Below are positions 1 to 8,220 of a stretch of DNA of 25,646 nucleotides, piece by piece (the first letter of the stretch is position 1; the number at the start of each line of letters is the position of its first letter). Under the pieces are notes generated by a model. It was not told the origin of the DNA, made no database searches, and saw nothing but the letters and a program-made list of their open reading frames with translations. A program made the position numbers and the translations under genes. Origin of the DNA: an uncultured Nitrospirales bacterium (lineage in GTDB: Bacteria; Hydrogenedentota; Hydrogenedentia; Hydrogenedentales; JAGMZX01); NCBI GenBank assembly GCA_964569295.1, contig CAZMVU010000049.1, positions 1 through 25,646 on the forward strand, given 5' to 3'.

Positions 1-105
1 TTCTTTAGCCGTTTGCCGTGAGCCGTTTCCCATACGTCATACAACTCCCTGGTATCAGCGCGGGTCGCGGTTCTGGCCCACCCGCTGTTTCTATCAGTCA
101 AGACG

Positions 106-355
106 TAGGCGCACTTTGGACTGCTGTGGCTTGCCACCGCTTTTCCCGCAAAGACCGTGGGTAGACGCTGGCGCGCAAGCCGGGAGAAAAAAGCCTCGTG
201 GCCTCCACCCCAAGTGGCCTGCTCATGAGCCCGAGAAGGATTCAAGGACACCGCTGGCGACTGTGTACGGTTGCTCTCCCGCCTTGGACAAATGCATGCA
301 CTTCAGCCCACGCGCGCAATAGCGGTGGCAAGCCACCGCAGTCCAAAGTGGCGCC
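106..355. repeat. MITE-like element: near-perfect ~30-36 bp inverted repeats (core 112-141 and 321-350, CACTTTGGACTGC[T/G]GTGGCTTGCCACCGCT) flanking a 179-bp non-coding core
   Basis: Read directly from the sequence: the reverse complement of 321-350 matches 112-141 with one mismatch, and the match extends to ~36 bp with one indel. Each arm also contains an internal GTGGC-TT-GCCAC palindrome. The only ORF between the arms has junk-like Pro/Arg composition. Confidence 0.45.
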
Positions 356-508
356 AACAGCATGGCTATCCTCATCGTACGACTGGTATTCGCTAACACG
401 GGGCAGACTGACGAAACAAGTGCGCTCCCTGGCGCCATACGGCTAAAGAATTGCAAATCTTTATCGCTGTACCCTTGCGCTCTATGGCTAAAGATTTACA
501 GAATCAGG

Positions 509-844
509 TCAGAACAAGGAAGCGCACCCGCGAATCAGCAGGAAGATTCCCAGAAGGATCAACAGGCAGCCGATAGCGCCACAGCCGCAGCCCGCGCCGT
601 TGCCGCCCTCGGCAAGTATGACTACCTCCGACGCGCCACGGCGCTTGCCTTGCCAGGATGGTTCACGCGGGGAACCACGTTTATCGCCGGGGCCGTTTAC
701 AACCTCGACGGCGACTTCTTCCACCTCGGCATCGACCGGCGCATCGAAAGGGCGGCCGCAGTGCGGACAGGTGGTTTCCATCTCCGGCGAGAATACACGG
801 GTACTCAGGGGCCCGCCGCACTGGGGGCAGCGCCAATCAGCCAC
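509..844 (-). CDS. small zinc-ribbon protein with a C-terminal transmembrane helix (GTG start)
   Basis: The N-terminus has a CPQCG...CPHCG C4 zinc-ribbon motif. The C-terminus has a hydrophobic segment GAIGCLLILLGIFLLI. A strong RBS AAGGAGG lies 6 nt upstream of the GTG start. The overlapping plus-strand ORF 362-916 has no such support. Confidence 0.5.
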   Translation of the reverse strand: MADWRCPQCGGPLSTRVFSPEMETTCPHCGRPFDAPVDAEVEEVAVEVVNGPGDKRGSPREPSWQGKRRGASEVVILAEGGNGAGCGCGAIGCLLILLGIFLLIRGCASLF

Positions 845-943
845 GATAACCTCCTTCGCGGTGTTGCGCTTTCGGTTGCAATACGTCGGTTTCTGACGAA
901 GGCGCCCGCGCCATAGCGTGCCTCATGCACGTGCCCACACGGT

Positions 944-2689
944 CTACCGTGATTCCCCTGCATCCGGCAGGGTATTCTCGTAACCCTCGACAATCACGCG
1001 AATGGGCGCGGATTCGGGATAGATGCCGGTGTCGAAGTAGACATGGTCGAACACCGGCTCGTCCAGCGGCACGAAGCCATCGAAATCGATGCGCAACAAG
1101 GCGCCAAACGCGGCATAGGGTATCGGGCCGTCATTGGTGTGCAGGTTAAACCAATCGCCGCCCAAGTCCGGCGCCTCGTTCCGCTGGAACGTCGCCAGGG
1201 GCGCCAGCCCGTCGTCGACCACCCCCACAATGGACACGGTAAACGCCGTCTCCGATGCGAGAAAGAAACGCAGGCGGCTAATGCCGGGCGGCATATAGTC
1301 GGCGCGTAGAAATGCCGTGGTTCCGTCCAGCCCCTCCGTAGCCACGAACCGCATGCGCGCAGTCAGCGGGTCGCTGTCGTATTGGGAGGGGTCATAGCGC
1401 TCGGAGGCCTCGTAGCGCACACTGAGGTTCGGCGTCGAGCCGGTGAGCACCAGGCGGAAGGCCGGCTGGAATTCCTGGCTGGCCGTGGAGCGGAACGTGG
1501 CCCAGCGCAGCACATAGCGCGATGCGAGGGATTCGACGATCTCGTTGAAGGCCGTGCTCAACTCCGGCGTGCTGGCGGCGCCGAAGAACTCGCCGCCCGA
1601 CTCCCCGGTTAGGGTGGTGAGGGTATATACATTGGTGTCGACGCCAAAACCGACGGCGTACACCCGCGCATTGACCGCCTGGGATGCGGCGAGGGCGTCG
1701 ACGATGGTGTTCTGGCGCGACACATCCTTGCCATCGGAGAAGAGCACGATAATGCGCTCTTCCTGGGCCGGATCGCCGGGTTCAAGCAACTCGGCGGCCG
1801 TTACCACCGCGTCGTATACCGGCGCTCCGCCGGCGAAGCCGTTGACAAATTCACCTTGTATGCGGTCGATGCCTTGGTGCACAGCCTCCTTGTCCGACGT
1901 GAGTGGCACAACCACCGCGGGCGGAAAGTCGGCGAATTGCGAATGAAACTCGACCACACCGACCTGCGCGTCGTCATTGAGTGTGGGCAAGAGCACCTCT
2001 TTGGCCGCCGCTTCCATCGGCTCGATGGCGCCGGCCTGCTGCATGCTGCGCGAGTAATCCAGCACGAGCATCAACTTGAGCTGGCGCGCGGCGCCGCGCC
2101 GGAAAAACACGGGCACATCGCTGCTCACGGGCTCGTCGTTCTCGAGGGGCGTGACCTCCCATTGAGGGCGTTCGGCCACGATCGGCTCGCCGAACACGTC
2201 TTTCACCGCAAAGCCGAAGTCAAGCAGGTAAGGGCTCGCGTACTGCTCCGCCATATCGTGGATCACCAGGCCATCCTCCGGGGGATCCTCGAGCTTCTCC
2301 ACACGAATCGGCAGGCTGACAGTGGTAATATTCTCCGCCGTAAAGTGCACCTTCCCCCGGTGCGACCCGGCTGGCAACCGGCTGCGGTCTACTGAAATCA
2401 CGACGCGCTCTTTGTTGAAGGGGCCGCTCAAGGCTGCCGGCGCGGCCGCATCGAATGTGTGCGGCAACACGCTAATCCACGGCTCACTGGGCTCGGCCGT
2501 CACCGTGATATCGCCCACCTGCGGATTCTCGTTCCAGACTTGGACAGTGCGCGGGTCGGAATTCAGCTCGAAATTCACTTCGCTGTTGGACAAAACGAGC
2601 GCATCGATCGGCGGATTGCAGCCTACAAGTCCCAGGAGTCCGGCCGCCGCGGTCAGCAGCACCACCACACGCATGCTACGGGTATACAT
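944..2689 (-). CDS. lipoprotein with a von Willebrand factor A (vWA) domain
   Basis: Signal peptide with a lipobox (LLGLVGC). The central region has a vWA/MIDAS motif (LVLDYSRSM ... VVEFHS ... IIVLFSDGKD ... VYAVGFG). GGGAG lies 9 nt upstream of the ATG. Confidence 0.8.
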   Translation of the reverse strand: MYTRSMRVVVLLTAAAGLLGLVGCNPPIDALVLSNSEVNFELNSDPRTVQVWNENPQVGDITVTAEPSEPWISVLPHTFDAAAPAALSGPFNKERVVISVDRSRLPAGSHRGKVHFTAENITTVSLPIRVEKLEDPPEDGLVIHDMAEQYASPYLLDFGFAVKDVFGEPIVAERPQWEVTPLENDEPVSSDVPVFFRRGAARQLKLMLVLDYSRSMQQAGAIEPMEAAAKEVLLPTLNDDAQVGVVEFHSQFADFPPAVVVPLTSDKEAVHQGIDRIQGEFVNGFAGGAPVYDAVVTAAELLEPGDPAQEERIIVLFSDGKDVSRQNTIVDALAASQAVNARVYAVGFGVDTNVYTLTTLTGESGGEFFGAASTPELSTAFNEIVESLASRYVLRWATFRSTASQEFQPAFRLVLTGSTPNLSVRYEASERYDPSQYDSDPLTARMRFVATEGLDGTTAFLRADYMPPGISRLRFFLASETAFTVSIVGVVDDGLAPLATFQRNEAPDLGGDWFNLHTNDGPIPYAAFGALLRIDFDGFVPLDEPVFDHVYFDTGIYPESAPIRVIVEGYENTLPDAGESR

Positions 2690-2948
2690 TGTCCTCTACT
2701 CCCTGTTAAGCACGCCGCGCCCGCACCGCGCACAAGGCATGACGCTGAACGGCGTTCGCCCCCAGCGGCGCTACGGCGGGCCCGCGCCCAAATACGCGGT
2801 CAGAATGGCCCACTCCAACACACCAAGTCAATTTGATGGTGTGGCATTTTGCTGCTGCCGGTTTCGCTGCCGGGCCTCGTATCGACGGGACAGCGCCAAG
2901 GGCGGCAAGTACGCGGGGAAGCGTGGCACTGCGACAGGCGGCGGCCTG

Positions 2949-4121
2949 TCAGGCGAGAAGCTGGAAGGCGCGCGCGAGTTCGGCTTCGGTATTGTAGAAA
3001 TGCGGCGAGAAACGCAGGAACGCCTGTCCCGCGCGGTTTTTTCGAAGCGACACGGTGATCTTGTGGGCGTGCAGCTTTTCGTAGACGGCCTGCATGTCTT
3101 TGTCCGGGTGATGGATGCACACGATACTCGAGCGGTGTTTGTCCTCGGCATCCTCCCGCTGGTCCCAGTCTTCGAGGTAGAGCCGGTAACCCAGGGGGCG
3201 GACGTGGTCGAGGATGAACCGGCGCAGGTGAAGCAGCCGTTCACCGATGGCGTCGATGCCCAGTTCAAGCAGCAGATCGAAGGAGGCGGCCATGCCGAAG
3301 ATACCGGGGAAATTGAGCGCGCCGGTCTCGTAGCGGCGGCCGCCGGTCTGGTAGCCGATCTCGGTTTGCGCCACGAAATCCGGCGAAATGGTGTTCCATG
3401 AGCCGAGCAGCGCCGGCGGCAGCAATGCCTGCCGCGAGGCTTTGACATAAAAGATGCCCGCCCCGAGCGGCCCCAAGAGCCACTTGTGCGAGTCGGCGCT
3501 GAGGAAGTCCACATGGTCCACGGACACCGGAAACGCGCCGAGGGTCTGGATACCATCGAGGCAAAAGAGGATGCCGCGCTCGTGAAGGCGCCGGCCGATG
3601 TCGTCCACGTCGATCCGGAACCCGCTCATGAAGTGGCACGAGGCCAACGCGACGAGTCTGGTCTTCGGGGTGATCGCGCGCGCGACCACGTCCCAGGTAA
3701 TCGCGCCGGTATGTGCGGGCGCAAGCGGTACCGGTTTCACGCCCCGGCCGGTGAGACCGCTCCAGGGGTAGACATTCGCCGGGTAGTCGTCGGCGTAGTA
3801 GACCACCTCGTCGCCCGGTTCCCACGCGAGTCCGAGCGCGACGAGGTTCAGTCCATACGAGGTCGGACCGACGAGCGCAATCTCGGCCGCGGTGGCGCCG
3901 AGCATCCGTGCCGCGCTTTCCCGGCACGCCGCGTCGACCGCCCAGGTGGCGTCGTTCTCCTGGCTGTCGTGGGAGCCCAGCCGGCCAAATTCGGCCAGCG
4001 CATCCGCCGCGACACGCGGGAGCGGCGCCACGCCCGCATTGCCGAAAAACGCCCGCTCCTGCGCCACGGGAAACTCCCGCAACCGCACATTTTCGTTGTC
4101 GAGGATGTCATCGAGTTTCAT
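2949..4121 (-). CDS. class V aminotransferase-fold PLP enzyme (cysteine desulfurase / selenocysteine lyase / epimerase family)
   Basis: PLP-lysine motif SADSHKWLLGPLGAG and the overall fold-type I layout (390 aa). There is no long disordered N-terminal extension. Confidence 0.8.
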   Translation of the reverse strand: MKLDDILDNENVRLREFPVAQERAFFGNAGVAPLPRVAADALAEFGRLGSHDSQENDATWAVDAACRESAARMLGATAAEIALVGPTSYGLNLVALGLAWEPGDEVVYYADDYPANVYPWSGLTGRGVKPVPLAPAHTGAITWDVVARAITPKTRLVALASCHFMSGFRIDVDDIGRRLHERGILFCLDGIQTLGAFPVSVDHVDFLSADSHKWLLGPLGAGIFYVKASRQALLPPALLGSWNTISPDFVAQTEIGYQTGGRRYETGALNFPGIFGMAASFDLLLELGIDAIGERLLHLRRFILDHVRPLGYRLYLEDWDQREDAEDKHRSSIVCIHHPDKDMQAVYEKLHAHKITVSLRKNRAGQAFLRFSPHFYNTEAELARAFQLLA

Positions 4122-4187
4122 GGGGCGCGATTGTACCCGAGGCTACACGGCGTGTTCCACGTGGCGTAGGCGGCACACACGGCATGG

Positions 4188-4484
4188 TTACCGCAGCACA
4201 TGTTCTTCGCGCATAACGTCGCTCTTGAGTTCCTCGATGCGCTCTTGCAACATGACGCCCATGGCGGTCCAACTGACGGCGCTCGCGTTCTCGACGCTCT
4301 GGTTGACCAGGCCCAACTCACGGCGGGCGGCCTCGAGCTGGGCAACACGTTGGCCAGTATCCAGGTGGCCCCGTTGCGCACGGGTGCGCAACTCTTCCAG
4401 GCGTGTGTCGATCTCGCCGATTTCCCGCTCCATTTCCGAGAGAAACGCCCATTTCCGGCTGGTGTCCATGTCCTCTTTACGCAT
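4188..4484 (-). CDS. small coiled-coil hypothetical protein (98 aa)
   Basis: The ORF is trimmed to the ATG that has a GGAGGG RBS 9 nt upstream. The sequence is rich in heptad-like E/R/L repeats. It lies 66 nt upstream of the aminotransferase on the same strand. Confidence 0.45.
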   Translation of the reverse strand: MRKEDMDTSRKWAFLSEMEREIGEIDTRLEELRTRAQRGHLDTGQRVAQLEAARRELGLVNQSVENASAVSWTAMGVMLQERIEELKSDVMREEHVLR

Positions 4485-4799
4485 CGGTGGCGACCCTCCA
4501 TCGGTTGCTGTAAATCGCACCCGCAACGCCCGCGCAACAAGGCGCCAGCCCTGCCAAGGTGTACGTTTGATTCTGGCCATGGCGGCACGCACAAAAGCAT
4601 CCCGTAGTAGTTTAACGCGCAGAAAACATGCCAGGGGGACATCCGTGACCACGAAGTTTTGTCTGTTCGTGTAAAGGGTTACACCGCCCCTGTTTACCGC
4701 CGCAACTGGCCACGGCCCCGCTCGCGGCACAACCTTGTCCTTGTATCGCAGGCATGCAGCGCGCTACAATTCTTCACAGGGATTGCATCTATTCGTTAC

Positions 4800-5010
4800 A
4801 TTGGCCGGACAATGGGTTAGGCGGCGGCCACTGGGTCCCTTGGGGCGAAGGGAGGATTCCCAGCGGCCACCGCCTGGTGCTCGCCGTAGATGGCGAGGCG
4901 TCGGGAGGACGGATTCCCGAGATCCGGCTGCGCAACACGAATGGGTTCGTGGGGTTGCGCGGGGAGCGAAGCGCCAAGCGGGGAGGGAGGGGCTTCGCTA
5001 TGTGGGATGA
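4800..5010. other. GC-rich, highly structured non-coding segment immediately 3' of the encapsulin gene (at least 4 consecutive hairpins and a G-tract/C-tract run)
   Basis: Hairpins read from the sequence: GGCGGCGGCCACTGGG/CCCAGCGGCCACCGCC (4820-4876) with a nested CCCTT/AAGGG stem; CTCGCC/GGCGAG (4881-4899); GCGCAAC/GTTGCGC (4930-4967); AGCGAAGC/GCTTCGCT (4966-4999) with a GGGGAGGGAGGGG loop. No ORF with plausible composition is present. Confidence 0.3.
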
Positions 5011-5038
5011 AGTGTCATCCGTGCCTTGCTGTGGCGCT

Positions 5039-5848
5039 TTACTTGGCCGTATAGACCACAGCGGCAGCCGGCTCCGGAATCCGGAAAGCCAGGGATTCTG
5101 TCAAGTATAGTTCCACGTTCTCCTTGTTGTGGCCGGCATAACCCATGGAAACATCCTGGCCCACGTGCAACTCGAAATCGCCGCCACGCAGGGACAGCAG
5201 CACGCCTCCCGCGAGCCCGGCGGACCAGACAAGTTTACCGCCCACCAAGTCGGACAACATCTGGTAGACCGGTTTACCGTAATTCATGATCTTGAGCAGT
5301 TTGTGGTAGAGGTTTTCCTCGAGCACGAGGGCATATGGGCCGCCGATGCCCGCAGCGTGCATGGCGCCCAGGCCTTTCGCGATTGCCTCGGGATATTCCG
5401 CCGCATCCTTTGGAAGCGGGATCGGCTCGTGGGTCGCGGTCTCGACGATCCCCTGCATGCCGGCGTCGGGGAAACCTTGGTACACGAGCCGATCCTCGAA
5501 GAGGGCGAACTCCCGCGCCGCCTCCGCGAGCGGGGCGAGATCGGCATCGGCGGCGCCCCGCGTGATATTGTCGATCTCGAACTGGTTCAGCGTAAACGGC
5601 GCGCGCACCTCGATGAGCGGCAGCACCGCGCGCTGCCCCCATCCGACGCCCGGCGTGGCCTTGTTGCCGGCCAAGTCGACCCGGCCCAGGTTCACCGCGG
5701 CGTACTCCCATCCGTGCGGCCCGGCGAAATCGACGAGCGTTCGGGCAGAGAGGAATGTCTTGAGCCAGCGGTTCGCCTCGTCTTCTATCTGTTCCCACGC
5801 CTTGGGGCTGAGCGGGGCGAGTTCTTTGCGAAGAATACCGGCAGTCAT
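5039..5848 (-). CDS. Family 1 encapsulin nanocompartment shell protein (HK97 fold)
   Basis: Clear collinear similarity to the T. maritima encapsulin (GPHGWEYAA, LPLIEVRAPFTL, RGGDFELHVGQDVSMGY, GPYALVLE). The start is trimmed to the ATG at 5848, which has an AAGGAG RBS 8 nt upstream. Confidence 0.9.
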   Translation of the reverse strand: MTAGILRKELAPLSPKAWEQIEDEANRWLKTFLSARTLVDFAGPHGWEYAAVNLGRVDLAGNKATPGVGWGQRAVLPLIEVRAPFTLNQFEIDNITRGAADADLAPLAEAAREFALFEDRLVYQGFPDAGMQGIVETATHEPIPLPKDAAEYPEAIAKGLGAMHAAGIGGPYALVLEENLYHKLLKIMNYGKPVYQMLSDLVGGKLVWSAGLAGGVLLSLRGGDFELHVGQDVSMGYAGHNKENVELYLTESLAFRIPEPAAAVVYTAK

Positions 5849-5887
5849 GATCGTTGTACTCCTTTCACGCATGGTACGTTCAACCGG

Positions 5888-6271
5888 TTAGCGCGTGAAT
5901 TTGTGGAATTTTCCAATGCCCAGGTCGCTGTCCGAGGCTGCCGCATCGCTGTTTGCCGCCCCGTCGCCACCCTGTTCCGCTTCGTCCTCGATCTCGGTGA
6001 TGGGCGCCGGGGTGAACAGGTATGTTTGAAGCTGTTCGGCAAATGTTGGCTCGTTGCGGCGAATCCACTCGAGCGTCATAGCCGCGTGCTCCATTTCCTC
6101 GTCGCGGTTGTGGCGCAGCACGTGCGCCATTTCTTCGTCGGCAGTCACATCGACCCGTTGCTGGTACCAGTCGACCGCTTCGATCTCTTCCACCAGGGTT
6201 GTGTAGGCCCGGTGCAATTCCCGCGTGCGCTGGCTCAGCTCCTGCGGCGGCTCGTGGTATTCAATGGTCAT
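5888..6271 (-). CDS. encapsulated ferritin-like protein (EncFtn) with a C-terminal encapsulin targeting peptide
   Basis: EncFtn core motifs EEIEAVDWYQQRVDV and HNRDEEMEHAAMTLEWIRRN. An acidic linker is followed by a C-terminal ...SDSDLGIGKFHKFTR tail matching the (S/D)LGIG(S/K)L cargo-loading peptide class. It sits directly upstream of the shell gene. Confidence 0.9.
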   Translation of the reverse strand: MTIEYHEPPQELSQRTRELHRAYTTLVEEIEAVDWYQQRVDVTADEEMAHVLRHNRDEEMEHAAMTLEWIRRNEPTFAEQLQTYLFTPAPITEIEDEAEQGGDGAANSDAAASDSDLGIGKFHKFTR

Positions 6272-7100
6272 GGGGTTCTTCTACCTTTTTGTGTCGATTG
6301 CGCGAGTGCAGGGAGGTGTACTCCACATCTTCCGCGATGGGCAACAGTTCGTCCCGTTCCAGCGACGTGACCGGCTGCTGCCGGCCGTAATAGTCGTACA
6401 GGGTCTGTTCGGCTTCCAAGCGCAGGGGCTGGGACGGGTCGAACGCCGGGTCGTCCTCGAGCGTGGGCGCACTTTCAATGACCGACCGGGGCAACGGAAT
6501 GTGAAGCTCTTTCAGGTCTGTCTCGATGTCCTGCACGCGGCTGCACGGAATGTAAACCCGGCGGCCGCTGAACCAGGTGCCGGTGTTGACGACGCCAAGA
6601 CGCAATGCGTATTCCTCGTTTTCGAACACAATGTCTTCGAGCCGGCCGAAGATGGCGTCCGCCCCGCGAATCCGGTAGCCCAGCAACTCGCAAAAACTGT
6701 ACAGATGATCGCCGGCCGCTTCGGGCGCGTGGTGCCGTTCGGGCAGCGTAACCGGCAAGAGCACGCCGGCCTGCGGCGCCACCATGGGCGCCCAGTGCAG
6801 CATGGACGCGGCGTCCTCGGGCACGTTGTCCGGCGCGACGCCCGCCTCCTCGAGGCCCGGCCGCGCCAGAATCTCCTGCTTGCTACAGGCCACAGGAAAG
6901 CGCTCCGCATTCCATTCCGGGGCGAGCAAGCCGCCGGTCTCGACCAGCACCTTACGCCCGGGCATAAGCGTGCCCGTTTCGGCCACGACATACAACACAC
7001 GCCAGCTATCGGCCTCGAAATAGAAGTCCGACACGGTGCCAACACGGCCGTCCTTCGCCTCGAGCGTGTAGCCGATAAGTCCTTTCAAGCCTCGTAACAC
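6261..7100 (-). CDS. tandem PRC-barrel domain protein, translationally coupled to EncFtn (GTG start)
   Basis: Two PRC-barrel signatures are present (LIGYTLEAKDGRVGTVSDFYFEA..., LLGYRIRGADAIFGRLEDIVFENE...). An AAGGAG RBS precedes the GTG. Its stop overlaps the EncFtn start in the sequence ATGACCATTGA (11-nt overlap). Confidence 0.75.
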   Translation of the reverse strand: MLRGLKGLIGYTLEAKDGRVGTVSDFYFEADSWRVLYVVAETGTLMPGRKVLVETGGLLAPEWNAERFPVACSKQEILARPGLEEAGVAPDNVPEDAASMLHWAPMVAPQAGVLLPVTLPERHHAPEAAGDHLYSFCELLGYRIRGADAIFGRLEDIVFENEEYALRLGVVNTGTWFSGRRVYIPCSRVQDIETDLKELHIPLPRSVIESAPTLEDDPAFDPSQPLRLEAEQTLYDYYGRQQPVTSLERDELLPIAEDVEYTSLHSRNRHKKVEEPHDH

Positions 7101-7267
7101 AGCAGGATCACTCCTTTCTCCATCGCCGTTTGCTCGTCAGATGCGTTCATTGTGCAAGGGCTGTGCCATCTCAGGTGGCATCGAAGCGCGCACCCCTCAC
7201 CCCGTTCTTGTGGGAGTTGGCCGGGAACGGGGGGACCGGCTCAGCCGGCCACAATGCGTATAGAATC

Positions 7268-7281
7268 GTTACACTTGTAAC
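7268..7281. promoter_or_regulatory. perfect inverted repeat GTTACA-CT-TGTAAC, ~170 bp upstream of the PRC-barrel/EncFtn/encapsulin operon
   Basis: Read directly from the sequence. A TATAGAAT -10-like box is adjacent. It is a candidate operator. Confidence 0.3.
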
Positions 7282-7321
7282 CGATCCGCCCACCGATCGC
7301 CCCGGTCTCCCGGCCGAAACG

Positions 7322-7912
7322 CTATTCCGCGGGCGCCTCAGGCGGTGTTTCCTCGACATCCTCGTAGGCGCGGTTCACGGCCTTGCGCAGATCGTCATAG
7401 GCGTCGCGTACACCCTGGACAATCTCTTCCCAGGCTTCATCGCCGTTCTCGGTTACCCGCTGCATCTGCTCGGCGAGGGCCGCGCGCTTTTCTTCTATGG
7501 TTTCGAGCTGCTGCTGGAGTTGCTCCTTGGCCTGGCCTTGCATTTCACCGGTGCGGTCACGCAAGGCATCGACGCGATCGCCCATGGATTCGGTGCGCTG
7601 GGCCACGGCTTCCCGGAAATCCTGGCGCTGGGCCTTCGTATACTCCCAGAGGCTTTCCGCCGCCTTGGCCGCGTCCCGTTGCACATCCTCGGCGCTCGGC
7701 GCCGTCTCTTCCGGCGGCACAACCTCTTCGGGCTCGTCCTCGGGCGGTGGACTCACATCGGGCGGCGGCACGGTGTCCATCGGCCCCCCGACAGGCGGTT
7801 CCATCGGTTCCTCTTGCGGCGCTTCTTCGCCGCCACAAGCCATCAACCCCAATGCCAGCGCCATGCAGGCCCCGGCCACCATGGTCCCTGTCGTGATTCG
7901 CTTGCTGTTCAT
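7322..7912 (-). CDS. lipoprotein with a Glu/Pro-rich linker and a helical, acidic C-terminal domain
   Basis: Signal peptide MNSKRITTGTMVAGACMALALGLMAC with a lipobox. An AGGAGG RBS lies 9 nt upstream of the ATG at 7912. The PEEPMEPPVGGP low-complexity stretch is followed by a coiled-coil-like region. Confidence 0.6.
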   Translation of the reverse strand: MNSKRITTGTMVAGACMALALGLMACGGEEAPQEEPMEPPVGGPMDTVPPPDVSPPPEDEPEEVVPPEETAPSAEDVQRDAAKAAESLWEYTKAQRQDFREAVAQRTESMGDRVDALRDRTGEMQGQAKEQLQQQLETIEEKRAALAEQMQRVTENGDEAWEEIVQGVRDAYDDLRKAVNRAYEDVEETPPEAPAE

Positions 7913-8166
7913 GCGTCCAGTCCTCCTGTTAAGTAAGCCGGTTTTGCCGTCCATCCAACGTATCAACCGCAAAATGACTTTCATTTTTTTGGGGAGCGTC
8001 CATCCCGCCAGCGGGTACGCCCCACCGGGTTCGGAAACACCTTCTTTGGGCTACGTAAGTGCAAAAGTTGTGCCATAGCCCCGGCCCACGCCTGACCATG
8101 TGCCCCCGCCTGAATCCCGCAAACTGCACCTGATCCGGCATACCCAGCAAGCAACCGCAAATCGGC

Positions 8167-8207
8167 TTGACATTTCCGTGCGGTTATCATACTATACCGT
8201 ATGGTAT
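8167..8207 (+). promoter_or_regulatory. sigma70-type promoter (TTGACA-17-TACTAT) with an overlapping palindromic candidate operator ATACC-GTAT-GGTAT
   Basis: TTGACA at 8167-8172, a 17-nt spacer and TACTAT at 8190-8195. The inverted repeat at 8194-8207 overlaps the -10 box and +1. It lies 14 nt upstream of the TetR ATG. Confidence 0.5.
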
Positions 8208-8220
8208 GGAGACATCGAAG

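Noticed and set aside
362-916. plus-strand 184-aa ORF overlapping the zinc-ribbon gene
   Set aside because: The minus-strand frame (509-844) has a strong AAGGAGG RBS, a C4 zinc-ribbon motif and a clean TM helix. The plus frame has none of these.
2819-2850. hairpin CACACCA-N11-TGGTGTG followed by GCATTTTGC on the plus strand
   Set aside because: It is terminator-like only on the plus strand, where no gene ends. On the relevant minus strand it has no U-tract. The stem is weak (4 GC pairs).
4826-4850. GCCACTGG ... GGGCGAAGGG resembling the B12-box/GGGAAGG region of cobalamin riboswitches
   Set aside because: Only one short box matches. The rest of the conserved core (GGTG-GAA-TCC, AGCCAGGAGACCTGCC) is absent. 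The plus-strand orientation has no downstream gene to regulate.
5039-5848. idea that the nearby cysteine-desulfurase-fold enzyme is encapsulin cargo (Family 2-style)
   Set aside because: The shell is clearly Family 1 (T. maritima-like). The enzyme lacks the long disordered N-terminal targeting domain and any C-terminal LGIG-type peptide. It is kept only as a neighbourhood observation.
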